Assembly: GCF_002854065.1 (NCBI RefSeq)
Contig: NZ_CP024147.1
Source: Escherichia coli
Lineage (GTDB): Bacteria > Pseudomonadota > Gammaproteobacteria > Enterobacterales > Enterobacteriaceae
Length of the DNA: 64,000 nt
Strand: one strand, 5' to 3'
Below the pieces are notes generated by a model. It did not search any database and was not told the origin of the DNA. It saw only the letters and a program-made list of their open reading frames with translations. A program made the position numbers and the translations under genes. Positions within the stretch are counted from its first letter, which is position 1; each line of letters begins with the position of its first letter. This document shows positions 37,330 to 47,402 of the stretch, in pieces.

Positions 37330-38361
37330 TTAGAAAACAAGCTGGACTTTTGCTGCCTGGGTTTTATCACCGGCGAAACGTAGCGCCTCTTCCAGGTCAG
37401 TGAAGGGATATTCAGCACTCAGTAAAGGCAGTGGATTGATAACGCCATTCGCCAGCCATGACACTGCGGTATTAAATTCGCTGGTAAAACGGAAAGAGCC
37501 TTTGAGTGAAATCTCCTTACCAATCAATGTCATCATTGGGAATTCTGCCATCGCGCCTCCCATACCTACCTGCACCATTACGCCGCGTGCACGAGTGACC
37601 TCCAGACAGGTATTCACTGATGAAGGATGACCGGACACTTCAAAGCTGACATCGAAATAGCCTTTTTCCGCTTTCCAGTGATCCATGTCGTCGTTTTGTG
37701 GGTTTACGAGCACATCCGCCCCCATCTCTTTACCCAGCGAAAGGGAACGGGGACTCACATCGGCACAGACAATTTCCGCGGCCCCCAGTGTTTTCACAGC
37801 ACTGACAATCAGGCAGCCAATGGGCCCAACACCAGAAATAAATACTCGCTTGCCCTGTAACTCGCCGGCCTGATGTGCGGCATGAATCGCGACGGCTAAA
37901 GGTTCGGCAAAAGCCATAACCTTTTCGTCAGCTTTGGCCGGATAAGGGACACATTGCGACGTTTCGACCATTTTATAACGGGTAAAACCACCATCAACAT
38001 GAGGGAAATACATGGCACTGCCAAAAAAACGCATATCTGTACACTGATTCTCGTTATGTTCAATGCAGTATTTGCAGTGACCGCACGGTTTAGACGGATT
38101 AATGGCTACCGTTTGCCCTTCATGTAATTCTGATGAGTCGCTATGAATAACTTTACCGATAACTTCATGACCTAACACCATCGGTGCCTTTATCATGAAA
38201 TTACCTACTTTTCCTTCCTGATAATAATGTAAATCGGAACCGCAAATTCCACCTCGGGTTATTTGTACTAATGTTCCATTATTATTCCAATCTATCGTCT
38301 GCTCGGTAACGGCAACAGTTTTCTTGCCCGCAACAACGCAGGACTGTGTTTTCACTTGCAT
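37330..38361 (-). CDS. idnD: L-idonate 5-dehydrogenase (Zn-dependent MDR)
   Basis: 343-aa MDR with GHE and Zn-cysteine cluster (CGHCKYC). Confidence 0.88.
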   Translation of the reverse strand: MQVKTQSCVVAGKKTVAVTEQTIDWNNNGTLVQITRGGICGSDLHYYQEGKVGNFMIKAPMVLGHEVIGKVIHSDSSELHEGQTVAINPSKPCGHCKYCIEHNENQCTDMRFFGSAMYFPHVDGGFTRYKMVETSQCVPYPAKADEKVMAFAEPLAVAIHAAHQAGELQGKRVFISGVGPIGCLIVSAVKTLGAAEIVCADVSPRSLSLGKEMGADVLVNPQNDDMDHWKAEKGYFDVSFEVSGHPSSVNTCLEVTRARGVMVQVGMGGAMAEFPMMTLIGKEISLKGSFRFTSEFNTAVSWLANGVINPLPLLSAEYPFTDLEEALRFAGDKTQAAKVQLVF

Positions 38362-38577
38362 AAATTCCTCACTGGTCAGGTAGACACCTCGGAAGCATTT
38401 AAGCGGTTTTAATTGTTATTATTTGTGATGAAGATCACGTCAGAAAATTGTTACATTACTATGTTACGCATAACGTGATGTGCCTTGTAATTCTTATCAG
38501 CAGAAATAAAAAAACGTGAAATTATTATGCCACCAGGCGTAGTATCGCAGCAGGTAAGATGATTCAGGAGATTTTAA

Positions 38578-39141
38578 ATGGCGGGTGAAAGCTTTATTTT
38601 GATGGGCGTTTCAGGGAGTGGTAAAACATTAATTGGTAGCAAGGTTGCCGCGTTATTATCTGCTAAATTTATTGATGGTGACGATCTTCATCCAGCCAAA
38701 AATATAGATAAAATGTCGCAGGGTATTCCATTATCTGATGAAGATCGACTTCCCTGGCTGGAACGCTTAAATGATGCTTCATACAGTCTTTATAAAAAGA
38801 ATGAAACAGGATTTATTGTCTGTTCATCATTAAAAAAACAGTATCGTGATATTTTACGCAAGGGTAGCCCCCATGTTCATTTCCTCTGGTTAGATGGCGA
38901 CTATGAAACTATTCTCGCGCGAATGCAGCGTCGGGCTGGGCATTTTATGCCGGTAGCGTTACTAAAAAGTCAGTTTGAGGCACTGGAGCGTCCACAAGAA
39001 GATGAACAGGATATTGTGCGCATTGATATCAACCATGATATTGCCAATGTCACTGAACAATGTCGGCAGGCTGTGCTGGCGATACGACAAAACAGAATAT
39101 GTGCGAAAGAGGGCAGCGCCTCAGATCAGCGCTGCGAATGA
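38578..39141 (+). CDS. idnK: Gluconate kinase (thermosensitive isoform)
   Basis: 187-aa P-loop kinase (GVSGSGKT). Confidence 0.88.
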   Translation: MAGESFILMGVSGSGKTLIGSKVAALLSAKFIDGDDLHPAKNIDKMSQGIPLSDEDRLPWLERLNDASYSLYKKNETGFIVCSSLKKQYRDILRKGSPHVHFLWLDGDYETILARMQRRAGHFMPVALLKSQFEALERPQEDEQDIVRIDINHDIANVTEQCRQAVLAIRQNRICAKEGSASDQRCE

Positions 39142-39144
39142 TTT

Positions 39145-40164
39145 TCAAAAATCGGCTTTCAACACCACGCGGTAACGCGCCTTACCGTCGCGCACATGCT
39201 GGATGGCGTCGTTAATTTTCGACATCGGGAACAATTCGGTAGTCGGCGCAACCTTGCTGCGGGCGGCAAAACGCATCAGCTTACGCAACTCATAAGGCGT
39301 GCCAGTAGCAGAGCCAGAGACACTGCGATCGCCCGCAATTAACGTAAAGGCCGGAACAGACAGCGGCGTGAGAACCGCACCGACCGTATGGAAATTACCG
39401 CCATACGTCAGCGCCTCAAAATAAGGCTGCCAGTCGAGGCTGACGTTCACAGTATTGATAATGAGATCAAACTGCCCCGCCAGAGTTTTCAGTGCCTGCG
39501 GATCGCGGCTATTCACCACTTTATCGGCACCCATCGCCAGTACTTCCTGCTCTTTCGCCGGATTTGAACTAAAGGCTGTCACCTCGCATCCCATTGCGTG
39601 CAGAAGTTTTATAGCGATATGCCCCAGCCCGCCAATACCAATTACCCCAACGCGGCTGGTAGCAGTGATATGGTGCATCAATAGTGGTTTAAAGACCGTG
39701 ATACCGCCGCACAACAGCGGCCCGGCGGACTCGATATCAATATTTTCTGGCAGTGGAATCACCCATTGCCAGTCCGCACGCAACTTCTCGGCAAAGCCAC
39801 CGCGATTCATAATCGTCGGCACCGCACCTTGCTCGCAGTTGATCTGATTACCGCTAATACAGGCGTCGCAGTGACCACAGCTACGCGCCGTCCAGCCAAT
39901 CCCGACACGCTGACCGACCTGCAAACCTTTATCCTGCGCGGCGCTCCCGAGTGCCACCACGCGCCCAATCACCTCATGCCCGGCAACCAGCGGATACTGT
40001 GAAAATCCCCATTCGTTATCGATCATCGACAGATCGGAATGGCAGATCCCGCAGTAATCCACCTGCACTTCAATATCTTGTGGCTTCAGCTCACCGGGAT
40101 CGTACTCATAAACTTCCAGTTCGCCGCCCGCTTCTTTTGCGGCATAGCTTTTTATCATCGACAT
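39145..40164 (-). CDS. ahr: NADPH-dependent aldehyde reductase Ahr (YjgB), Zn-dependent MDR
   Basis: MDR motifs GHEVIG and CGHCDAC; start placed at [11 protein letters not shown]. Confidence 0.85.
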   Translation of the reverse strand: MSMIKSYAAKEAGGELEVYEYDPGELKPQDIEVQVDYCGICHSDLSMIDNEWGFSQYPLVAGHEVIGRVVALGSAAQDKGLQVGQRVGIGWTARSCGHCDACISGNQINCEQGAVPTIMNRGGFAEKLRADWQWVIPLPENIDIESAGPLLCGGITVFKPLLMHHITATSRVGVIGIGGLGHIAIKLLHAMGCEVTAFSSNPAKEQEVLAMGADKVVNSRDPQALKTLAGQFDLIINTVNVSLDWQPYFEALTYGGNFHTVGAVLTPLSVPAFTLIAGDRSVSGSATGTPYELRKLMRFAARSKVAPTTELFPMSKINDAIQHVRDGKARYRVVLKADF

Positions 40165-40359
40165 TTTTTGGTCCTTCTCTGGTGTTGTCTGGGAAGTGTA
40201 GAGCATGGCAGGGCGGGGTGCCTGGAGTGTGACAAAGGTTACACATCGCGGTATGCAATGCTGAAAATTTCAGCACTTAGCGAGGTGCGAGCAAGCTGGC
40301 GCTTGCATGGTGGTGCGTGACAGGTATAATTCACAACGTTTTCCGCATACCTCTTCAGT

Positions 40360-40444
40360 GCCGAAGTGGCGAAATCGGTAGACGCAGTTGATTCAAAATC
40401 AACCGTAGAAATACGTGCCGGTTCGAGTCCGGCCTTCGGCACCA
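40360..40444 (+). tRNA. leuX: tRNA-Leu (anticodon CAA)
   Basis: GCCGAAGTGGCGAAATCGGTAGACGCAGTTGATTCAAAATCAACCGTAGAAATACGTGCCGGTTCGAGTCCGGCCTTCGGCACCA: cloverleaf with long variable arm, anticodon loop tTCAAaa, 3' CCA. Confidence 0.95.
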
Positions 40445-40457
40445 TCGGAACATTAAT

Positions 40458-40481
40458 AGACGTCAACGGACGTCTTTTTTT
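40458..40481 (+). terminator. Intrinsic terminator after leuX
   Basis: AGACGTCAACGGACGTCT hairpin followed by T7. Confidence 0.8.
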
Positions 40482-40642
40482 GTGCCTGAAATCCAGTATC
40501 CGCAAGGCTTTCCTCGCTTTTTCACTCAACCTAAGTCAACCTGATTCAATTTACATCAACTTACTGATGCGGGTACAACTGCGGGTATATCGCGGTTCGA
40601 TAATGTTTGTACCCACACAGAACCCTTGAAAGGATACTCATC

Positions 40643-41899
40643 ATGGCTCTGAGTGATGTGAAGGTTCGTTCGGCTAAGCCTGAAGCAAAAGCCTATAAAC
40701 TTACTGATGGTGACGGTTTGGTTTTGCTGGTTCACCCGAATGGCTCAAAATACTGGCGGCTGCGTTATCGTTTTGGCGGTAAGGAGAAGATGCTGGCGCT
40801 TGGGAAATACCCTGAAGTGTCGCTGGCGGATGCCCGGGCACGCCGGGATGAAGCTCGTAAGCTGTTAGCTAATGGCGTCGATCCCAGTGAGAACAAGAAA
40901 GCCGTTAAGGTAGAGCAGGAGCAAGAGGCGATAACGTTTGAATTGGTTGCCAGAGACTGGCACGCCAGCAATCAGAAGTGGTCTGCATCGCATAGAGCTC
41001 GAGTATTGAAAAGCCTCGAAGATAATCTCTTTGCTGCTATCGGTAAGCGGAACATTGCAGAACTGAAAACGCGAGACCTACTTGTACCCATCAAAGCGGT
41101 GGAATCATCCGGGCGACTCGAAGTCGCCGCCCGTTTACAGCAGCGAACTACTGCGATTATGCGCTTTGCCGTTCAGAGCGGCTTAATCGACTATAACCCC
41201 GCACAAGAGATTGCCGGTGCGGTAGCTACGGCGAAAAGACAACATCGTGCTGCTCTGGAACTTAATCGCATTCCTGAATTACTTCACCGCATTGATCACT
41301 ATTCTGGCAGGCCGTTAACTCGACTGGCGGTTGAACTCACTTTGTTGGTTTTCATCCGTTCAAGCGAGCTGCGTTTTGCTCGCTGGTCAGAAGTGGATTT
41401 TGATACTGCCATGTGGACGATTCCAGGGGAGCGTGAACCGCTGGAAGGCGTTAAACATTCTCAGCGTGGTTCAAAGATGCGGACTCCCCATCTTGTTCCT
41501 TTGTCGCGGCAGGCTCTGGCTATTTTGGAAAAGATCAAAAGCATGAATGGGAGCCGTGACCTGATCTTCGTAGGAGATCACGATCCGCGTAAGCCAATGA
41601 GTGAGAATACGCTTAATAAGGCCTTGCGAGTAATGGGCTATGACACGAAAACGGAAGTGTGTGGGCATGGTTTCAGGACGATGGCGTGTAGCTCATTGAT
41701 TGAATCGGGTTTGTGGTCGAGAGATGCGGTGGAAAGGCAGATGAGCCATCAAGAGCGTAGCTCTGTGCGTGCGGCGTATATTCATAAGGCGGAACATTTG
41801 GGAGAACGCAGGTTGATGCTGCAGTGGTGGGCTGATTTTCTTGATGCAAATCGTGAGAAGGCGATGAGTCCATTTGATTTTGCCAAACTTAGGCGGTGA
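40643..41899 (+). CDS. intB: P4-type (IntB-like) tyrosine integrase at the leuX island border
   Basis: About 418-aa ORF with N-terminal DUF4102-like region (KAYKLTDGDGLVLLVHPNGSKYWRLRYRFGGKEK) and C-terminal HGFR/Tyr recombinase motifs; immediately 3' of a tRNA gene. Confidence 0.88.
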   Translation: MALSDVKVRSAKPEAKAYKLTDGDGLVLLVHPNGSKYWRLRYRFGGKEKMLALGKYPEVSLADARARRDEARKLLANGVDPSENKKAVKVEQEQEAITFELVARDWHASNQKWSASHRARVLKSLEDNLFAAIGKRNIAELKTRDLLVPIKAVESSGRLEVAARLQQRTTAIMRFAVQSGLIDYNPAQEIAGAVATAKRQHRAALELNRIPELLHRIDHYSGRPLTRLAVELTLLVFIRSSELRFARWSEVDFDTAMWTIPGEREPLEGVKHSQRGSKMRTPHLVPLSRQALAILEKIKSMNGSRDLIFVGDHDPRKPMSENTLNKALRVMGYDTKTEVCGHGFRTMACSSLIESGLWSRDAVERQMSHQERSSVRAAYIHKAEHLGERRLMLQWWADFLDANREKAMSPFDFAKLRR

Positions 41900-42229
41900 T
41901 TAATTGCGGTTTCTCCCACATTATGCGGAGGGGGACGATGTATTGGTTAAAGCGGTCCATCCGAAGGAGACCAGTAGTGCCAGCAGTAATGCTGTTACTG
42001 CTGGTTAATGACATGCTTTTTTTTGTCTATTTTTCAATCTGCGTTATGTCTCTCGGAGGTAACTCTGTGTTAAATATTGATAGGGCTAGTTTGCACAATG
42101 AAGAACCGAACAAAGTATTGATTTAACATTAGTATTTACTTAGCTGTTCTGACCGGTTTCTGCGATACAATGCTACCAAGTATGTAACTAATTCTAAGCA
42201 AAGGTGCTTTATAATCGAGAGGCGATTGA

Positions 42230-45200
42230 ATGGATGCTTTAAGGGCTACAACATCGACAAATTTCAGTTTTCTCGCTGAACATGACCCGCTGTTTCTACA
42301 AATCGCCACTGCTGCAGAAAACGCCTTCTCAGGCGATCCCAACACCACCTTGATTAAGTTGCGCCAACTAGGTGAAGCCTTAGCACAACATATTGCTGCG
42401 CTGGTCGGGATCACGTTTGATGAACCGCCCACTCAGGCTGATTTACTCTACCGCCTCAATCGCGAGCTAAAATTTGAACCCACGGTACTCGAGCTATTTC
42501 ATCTATTGCGGATAGAGGGCAACAAGGCCACTCACCAGTTCAAAACCAAGCACAAAGAGGCGCTAGATGGCTTAAAAGTGGCGCGAGCGCTAGCTATCTG
42601 GTTCCACCAATCTTTCGGCAAGCAGGGCGCGGCCTTTAAACCCGGCGCTTTTATTGCTCCTCCAGACCCGAGCAATCAGCTTAGGCAACTCCAAACGGAA
42701 ATCGATCGCCTCAAAAGTGAGCTCACTACCGCCAACATACAGCTAGATTCCAGCCAACAGCTGCAAAATTTGCTGGTGCAGGAAAAGAGTGAATATGAAG
42801 CGCTGGCGTTAGCCATGGATGATGAAACTAAGGTGTTAGCATCGCAGGCGAAAGAGCAGGAAATTGCACTCGAACAGCTTCGACAGCAATACGAAGAAAA
42901 ATTAAAAATCCTGCAAGCGCAACTGACCGAAAAAGATGAAAAGCAGGCCCGAACACAACGGCGAGAGTTTGCCCAGAAGAGCCGCCGTGCCAGCCAACAT
43001 ATCGCGTTAAATGAAGAACTCACCCGTATATTGATTGACCAAAACTTAAATGATGCGGGCTGGCTTGCTGACAGTCAGGAACTGACCTGGGCTAACGGAA
43101 CTCGCCCTGAAAAGGGGATAAACAAAGCCATTGCCGAATGGCCTACGGAGTATCAGGGTAAAAAAGGTCGCGCTGATTACGTTCTATTTTGCGGCTTAAC
43201 TCCGCTGGCCACGGTCGAAGCCAAAAAAGAAAACACCGATGTTGCGGGAAAAATTCCGCAGGCAGAACGCTACAGCAAAGGCTTCAAAATCACGTCCCCC
43301 ATGATTGGCGCATGGGAGCGGGAAGGCCGAACCATTGCATGGGCGGATGAGACTGACGGGCATTATATTATCCCGTTTGTATACTCCTGCAACGGTCGCC
43401 CCTACGTGCCACAGTTGGCTGAGTCATCAGGAACTTGGTTCCGGGACGTGCGCGAACCGTCCAACATCCGCCGTGCGCTGCAAAAGTTTCATACCCCGCA
43501 AGGCTTGCTGGATAAACTCGAACGCAGCAAAGACAGCGCCGAACAGAAGCTAAAGCAAGAAGGCTTCGCTTACCTCCGGTTACGCGATTATCAGCAAAAG
43601 GCCATTCTCGCCGTTGAAAGCACATTGGCGCAAAACATCCGCAATGCCCTTCTGGCGATGGCGACCGGCACCGGGAAAACACGCACCATTGTTGGTCTAA
43701 TGTACCGTTTTCTGAAAACTGAACGCTTCAAGCGCATCCTCTTTCTGGTTGACCGTACGGCTTTGGGCGAGCAAGCCACGGACACCTTCAAAGAAGCGCC
43801 GTTGGAGCAAAACCAGACGCTGTCTCAGATTTACAATATCGCTGAGCTCGGCGATATGGCTACACAGGCAGAAACCCGAGTACAGGTCGCGACGGTACAG
43901 GCCATGGTTAGCCGCATTTTTTCCTCGGACACACCACCGCCGGTGGATGAATTTGACTGCATCATCGTTGATGAAGCCCACCGAGGCTACACCTTAGATC
44001 AGGAAATGACTGAAGGGGAACTCTCGACCCGCGACGCCAGCCAATATCTCTCCAGCTACCGTCGGGTGCTCGATTATTTCGACGCGGTAAAAATCGGCCT
44101 TACCGCCACTCCGGCGAAACATACCAGCGATATCTTCGGCAAACCGATTTACATCTACTCCTACCGTGAAGCCGTGGCGGATGATTGGCTTATCGATCAT
44201 GAACCTCCAATCCGTTATGAAACGCTGCTGACGCAAAATGGCATCCACTTTGACAAAGGGAGCCAGGTGCATGCCATTAATATCCACACCGGAGAGGTTG
44301 AGATTGATCAGCTAGAAGACGAAGTGGATTTCAACGTTGATGCATTTAACCGTGGCGTCATCAGTGAAAACTTTAATCGGGTTATTTGCCAACAGCTCGT
44401 GAAAGAGCTCGATCCCTTTGGCGAAGAGAAAACGCTGGTTTTCTGCGTTACAGACAAACATGCCGACATGGTCAAACGCTTGCTGGATGAAGCGTTCTCT
44501 GCTGAATATGAAAACTATAATCAAGCGGCCGTCGAGAAAATCACCGGTGAAAGTGACAAAGTCAAACAGTTGATCAAACAGTATAAAAATGAACGCTATC
44601 CGAATATTGCAATCACCGTTGATTTGCTTAGCACCGGCATTGACGTGCCGAAGATTTGTAATCTGGTTTTCATGCGTCGGGTGAAGTCACGTATTTTATT
44701 TGAACAGATGATAGGCCGCGCAACACGCCGCTGTGATGACATTGGCAAAACGGTCTTCCGTATTTACGATCCAGTAGATATTTATGAGGCTCTCAGTGAC
44801 GTTAACACCATGAAACCGCTGGTCAAAGACCCCAATATCACACTTGAACAATTGGTCGGCGAGCTAACCGATACTGAACAGCTCGAAAAAGCGCTCAACA
44901 GCCCCGGTGAACATACAGGTGAAACTCAGGCTGATGTGGTGCTCAGCCAGTTAAGCCAAAAGGTGATGCGCATCCTACGTAAGGCGGAGAAACGGGCAGA
45001 AAATCGCCCAGTGGTGAAACAAAAATTGGCTGACCTCCATCAACTGTGGGGCGTTGAGCCAAAACAGCTGCATCAACATCTGCATCACTTAGGGCCGCGT
45101 CAGGCGGCAGCCTTCATCCAACAACAGCAAGGGCTAATCTGCCAGCTCAACGAGATAGCTACATTACTCGGAAGTGAATACCGGCCGATTATTTCTGAGC

Positions 45201-45754
45201 ATCATGACCAACTACAGGAACGTAACCAGAGCTACGGTAGCCATCAGCGGCCAGAAGATTACCTGGAAAGCTTTGCGGATTTTATTCAGCAGCAGCTTAA
45301 CCAATCCACTGCGCTGGCCGTGGTTGTCAACAAACCCCGCGACCTCACTCGTGAACAGCTTAAAGAGATCCGCTTATTATTAGACGGTGCGGGCTATTCC
45401 GAAGCTAATCTACAAACCGCCGTGCGTAATCAAACCAATCAGGATATCGCCGCCAGCATTGTCGGCCACATTCGCCGTGCTGCACTAGGGGAGCCTCTTG
45501 TGCCTTTTGCACAGCGCGTATCACAGGCAATGATCAACATTTATAACAGCCGCGCATGGACAACCCAGCAACGAAAATGGCTGGATCGTCTGGCAAAACA
45601 GCTGGTTCATGAAGTGATCATTGATCACCAATTTATTAACAATAGTTTTGCTGATGATGGCGGCGTAAAACAGCTCAATAAGATATTGGTAGACCAACTG
45701 GACAGCGTGCTGGATGAACTTAACGGTGCGATATGGCCACAACAAAGCGCCTGA
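42230..45754 (+). CDS. hsdR: Type I restriction enzyme R subunit (nuclease/helicase)
   Basis: 1174-aa ORF; PD-(D/E)xK-type motif (RADYVLF...VEAKK), SF2 helicase motif I (AMATGTGKT) and motif II (IIVDEAHRG); N-terminal coiled-coil segment. Confidence 0.9.
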   Translation: MDALRATTSTNFSFLAEHDPLFLQIATAAENAFSGDPNTTLIKLRQLGEALAQHIAALVGITFDEPPTQADLLYRLNRELKFEPTVLELFHLLRIEGNKATHQFKTKHKEALDGLKVARALAIWFHQSFGKQGAAFKPGAFIAPPDPSNQLRQLQTEIDRLKSELTTANIQLDSSQQLQNLLVQEKSEYEALALAMDDETKVLASQAKEQEIALEQLRQQYEEKLKILQAQLTEKDEKQARTQRREFAQKSRRASQHIALNEELTRILIDQNLNDAGWLADSQELTWANGTRPEKGINKAIAEWPTEYQGKKGRADYVLFCGLTPLATVEAKKENTDVAGKIPQAERYSKGFKITSPMIGAWEREGRTIAWADETDGHYIIPFVYSCNGRPYVPQLAESSGTWFRDVREPSNIRRALQKFHTPQGLLDKLERSKDSAEQKLKQEGFAYLRLRDYQQKAILAVESTLAQNIRNALLAMATGTGKTRTIVGLMYRFLKTERFKRILFLVDRTALGEQATDTFKEAPLEQNQTLSQIYNIAELGDMATQAETRVQVATVQAMVSRIFSSDTPPPVDEFDCIIVDEAHRGYTLDQEMTEGELSTRDASQYLSSYRRVLDYFDAVKIGLTATPAKHTSDIFGKPIYIYSYREAVADDWLIDHEPPIRYETLLTQNGIHFDKGSQVHAINIHTGEVEIDQLEDEVDFNVDAFNRGVISENFNRVICQQLVKELDPFGEEKTLVFCVTDKHADMVKRLLDEAFSAEYENYNQAAVEKITGESDKVKQLIKQYKNERYPNIAITVDLLSTGIDVPKICNLVFMRRVKSRILFEQMIGRATRRCDDIGKTVFRIYDPVDIYEALSDVNTMKPLVKDPNITLEQLVGELTDTEQLEKALNSPGEHTGETQADVVLSQLSQKVMRILRKAEKRAENRPVVKQKLADLHQLWGVEPKQLHQHLHHLGPRQAAAFIQQQQGLICQLNEIATLLGSEYRPIISEHHDQLQERNQSYGSHQRPEDYLESFADFIQQQLNQSTALAVVVNKPRDLTREQLKEIRLLLDGAGYSEANLQTAVRNQTNQDIAASIVGHIRRAALGEPLVPFAQRVSQAMINIYNSRAWTTQQRKWLDRLAKQLVHEVIIDHQFINNSFADDGGVKQLNKILVDQLDSVLDELNGAIWPQQSA

Positions 45755-45833
45755 TTCTGGTAAAATTCGCTAGCGAAACACGCCTTTTTAATCGCGCTTG
45801 CGGCATATTTCGCGAGCGAATGCAGGAAAAATA

Positions 45834-47402
45834 ATGAGTAATAATAACGATATCGTACAAAAACTGTGGAACCTGTGTGATGTACTGCGTGATGACGGCA
45901 TCAACTACAGCGATTACGTCACCGAACTAGTGCTACTACTGTTTATCAAAATGGTGCATGAAAATACCGAAGCAGAATTATTAGATCAGCACACTTTACC
46001 GCAGGGCTGCCGCTGGAGCGATCTCAACAGTTTATCGGGCCTCAACTTGCTTAACCATTACAAACAAATGCTGTTGAAGCTCTCCAGCGGCAAAGACGCT
46101 GAAGGTAATTCGGTTCATGCTGACCCGCTGATTAGCGCCATTTATGACGATGCGCAGACCCGCCTGCGTGAGCCTCGTCATCTCGAACAGATGATCCGCA
46201 CCCTCGACCAAATTGACTGGTTTAGTGCTAAAAAAGACGGTCTCGGTGATCTTTATGAAGGTCTGCTGGAGAAAAACGCCGGAGAAACAAAATCTGGCGC
46301 AGGTCAATATTTTACGCCGCGGGCCTTAATTAACAGCATGGTACGCTGCATTAAGCCACAGGCTGGAGAAGTGATCCAAGATCCCGCTGCGGGCACCGCA
46401 GGGTTTTTGATTGCCGCCGATCAATACATCAAGCAACAAACTGACAACCTCTACGACCTTACTGCCAAAGCGAGAACCTTTCAAAAAAATAAAGCCTTTA
46501 TTGGTGTGGAACTGGTTCCGTCTACGCGCCGCCTGGCACTGATGAACTGCCTGCTACACGGCATCGAAGGGGATGACGAAGGCGTCGTGCATCAGGGCAA
46601 CGCGTTGGGCATGGTGGGTGCTAGCTTGCCCAAGGCCGATATCATTCTTGCTAACCCGCCGTTCGGTACGGCGAAAGGCGGTGAAGCCAGCATTACTCGT
46701 GATGACTTAACCTACCCAACTAGTAACAAACAGCTAGCGTTTTTACAGCATATCTACCGTAACTTAAAACCGGGTGGCCGTGCAGCTGTGGTGCTACCCG
46801 ACAACGTCCTGTTTGAAGCGGGTGTTGGCACCGATGTACGCCGCGACCTTATGAACAAATGTAACCTGCACACCATTTTACGTTTACCCACCGGGATTTT
46901 TTACGCCCAAGGGGTGAAAACCAACGTTTTGTTCTTCACCAAAGGCAGCGCCAACAACAAACATCAGGATGAAAATTGTACCGAAAACGTCTGGATCTAT
47001 GATCTGCGTAGTAACATGCCAAGCTTTGGCAAACGCACCCCGTTTGGTGAGCAACATTTAAAACCCTTTGAAGCGGTTTACGGCGACGATGCCAACGGTC
47101 AAAGCCCACGCAGTGAAGGGGAATGGAGTTTTAACTCCGACAAACTTGACGTGCCCGATAACGCCGAAAATCAGCACGTTGACAACCGCATGGCGACCAG
47201 CCGTTGGCGCACATTCAGCCGTGAATGGATCCGCGATGTTAAAGGTGATTCATTAGATATTGCATGGCTGAAAGATAACAACAGCGTTGATGTGACTAAC
47301 CTGCCTGAACCTAGTGTATTAGCGATTGAAGCAAAAGAAGAATTAACCACTGCTTTAGCAGAACTGGATGCTTTATTGACTTTATTAGGAGCAACTCGCT
47401 GA
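45834..47402 (+). CDS. hsdM: Type I restriction-modification N6-adenine DNA methyltransferase subunit
   Basis: N-terminal HsdM_N-like sequence (DIVQKLWNLCDVLRDDG), motif I DPAAGTAGFL, catalytic NPPF; start at the ATG with AGGA RBS. Confidence 0.9.
   Translation: MSNNNDIVQKLWNLCDVLRDDGINYSDYVTELVLLLFIKMVHENTEAELLDQHTLPQGCRWSDLNSLSGLNLLNHYKQMLLKLSSGKDAEGNSVHADPLISAIYDDAQTRLREPRHLEQMIRTLDQIDWFSAKKDGLGDLYEGLLEKNAGETKSGAGQYFTPRALINSMVRCIKPQAGEVIQDPAAGTAGFLIAADQYIKQQTDNLYDLTAKARTFQKNKAFIGVELVPSTRRLALMNCLLHGIEGDDEGVVHQGNALGMVGASLPKADIILANPPFGTAKGGEASITRDDLTYPTSNKQLAFLQHIYRNLKPGGRAAVVLPDNVLFEAGVGTDVRRDLMNKCNLHTILRLPTGIFYAQGVKTNVLFFTKGSANNKHQDENCTENVWIYDLRSNMPSFGKRTPFGEQHLKPFEAVYGDDANGQSPRSEGEWSFNSDKLDVPDNAENQHVDNRMATSRWRTFSREWIRDVKGDSLDIAWLKDNNSVDVTNLPEPSVLAIEAKEELTTALAELDALLTLLGATR

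Noticed and set aside
41896-42126. 76-aa ORF between the integrase and hsdR (possible small regulatory protein)
   Set aside because: Overlaps the integrase stop, has no recognisable RBS or motif, and is hydrophobic low-complexity; cannot be supported from sequence alone.
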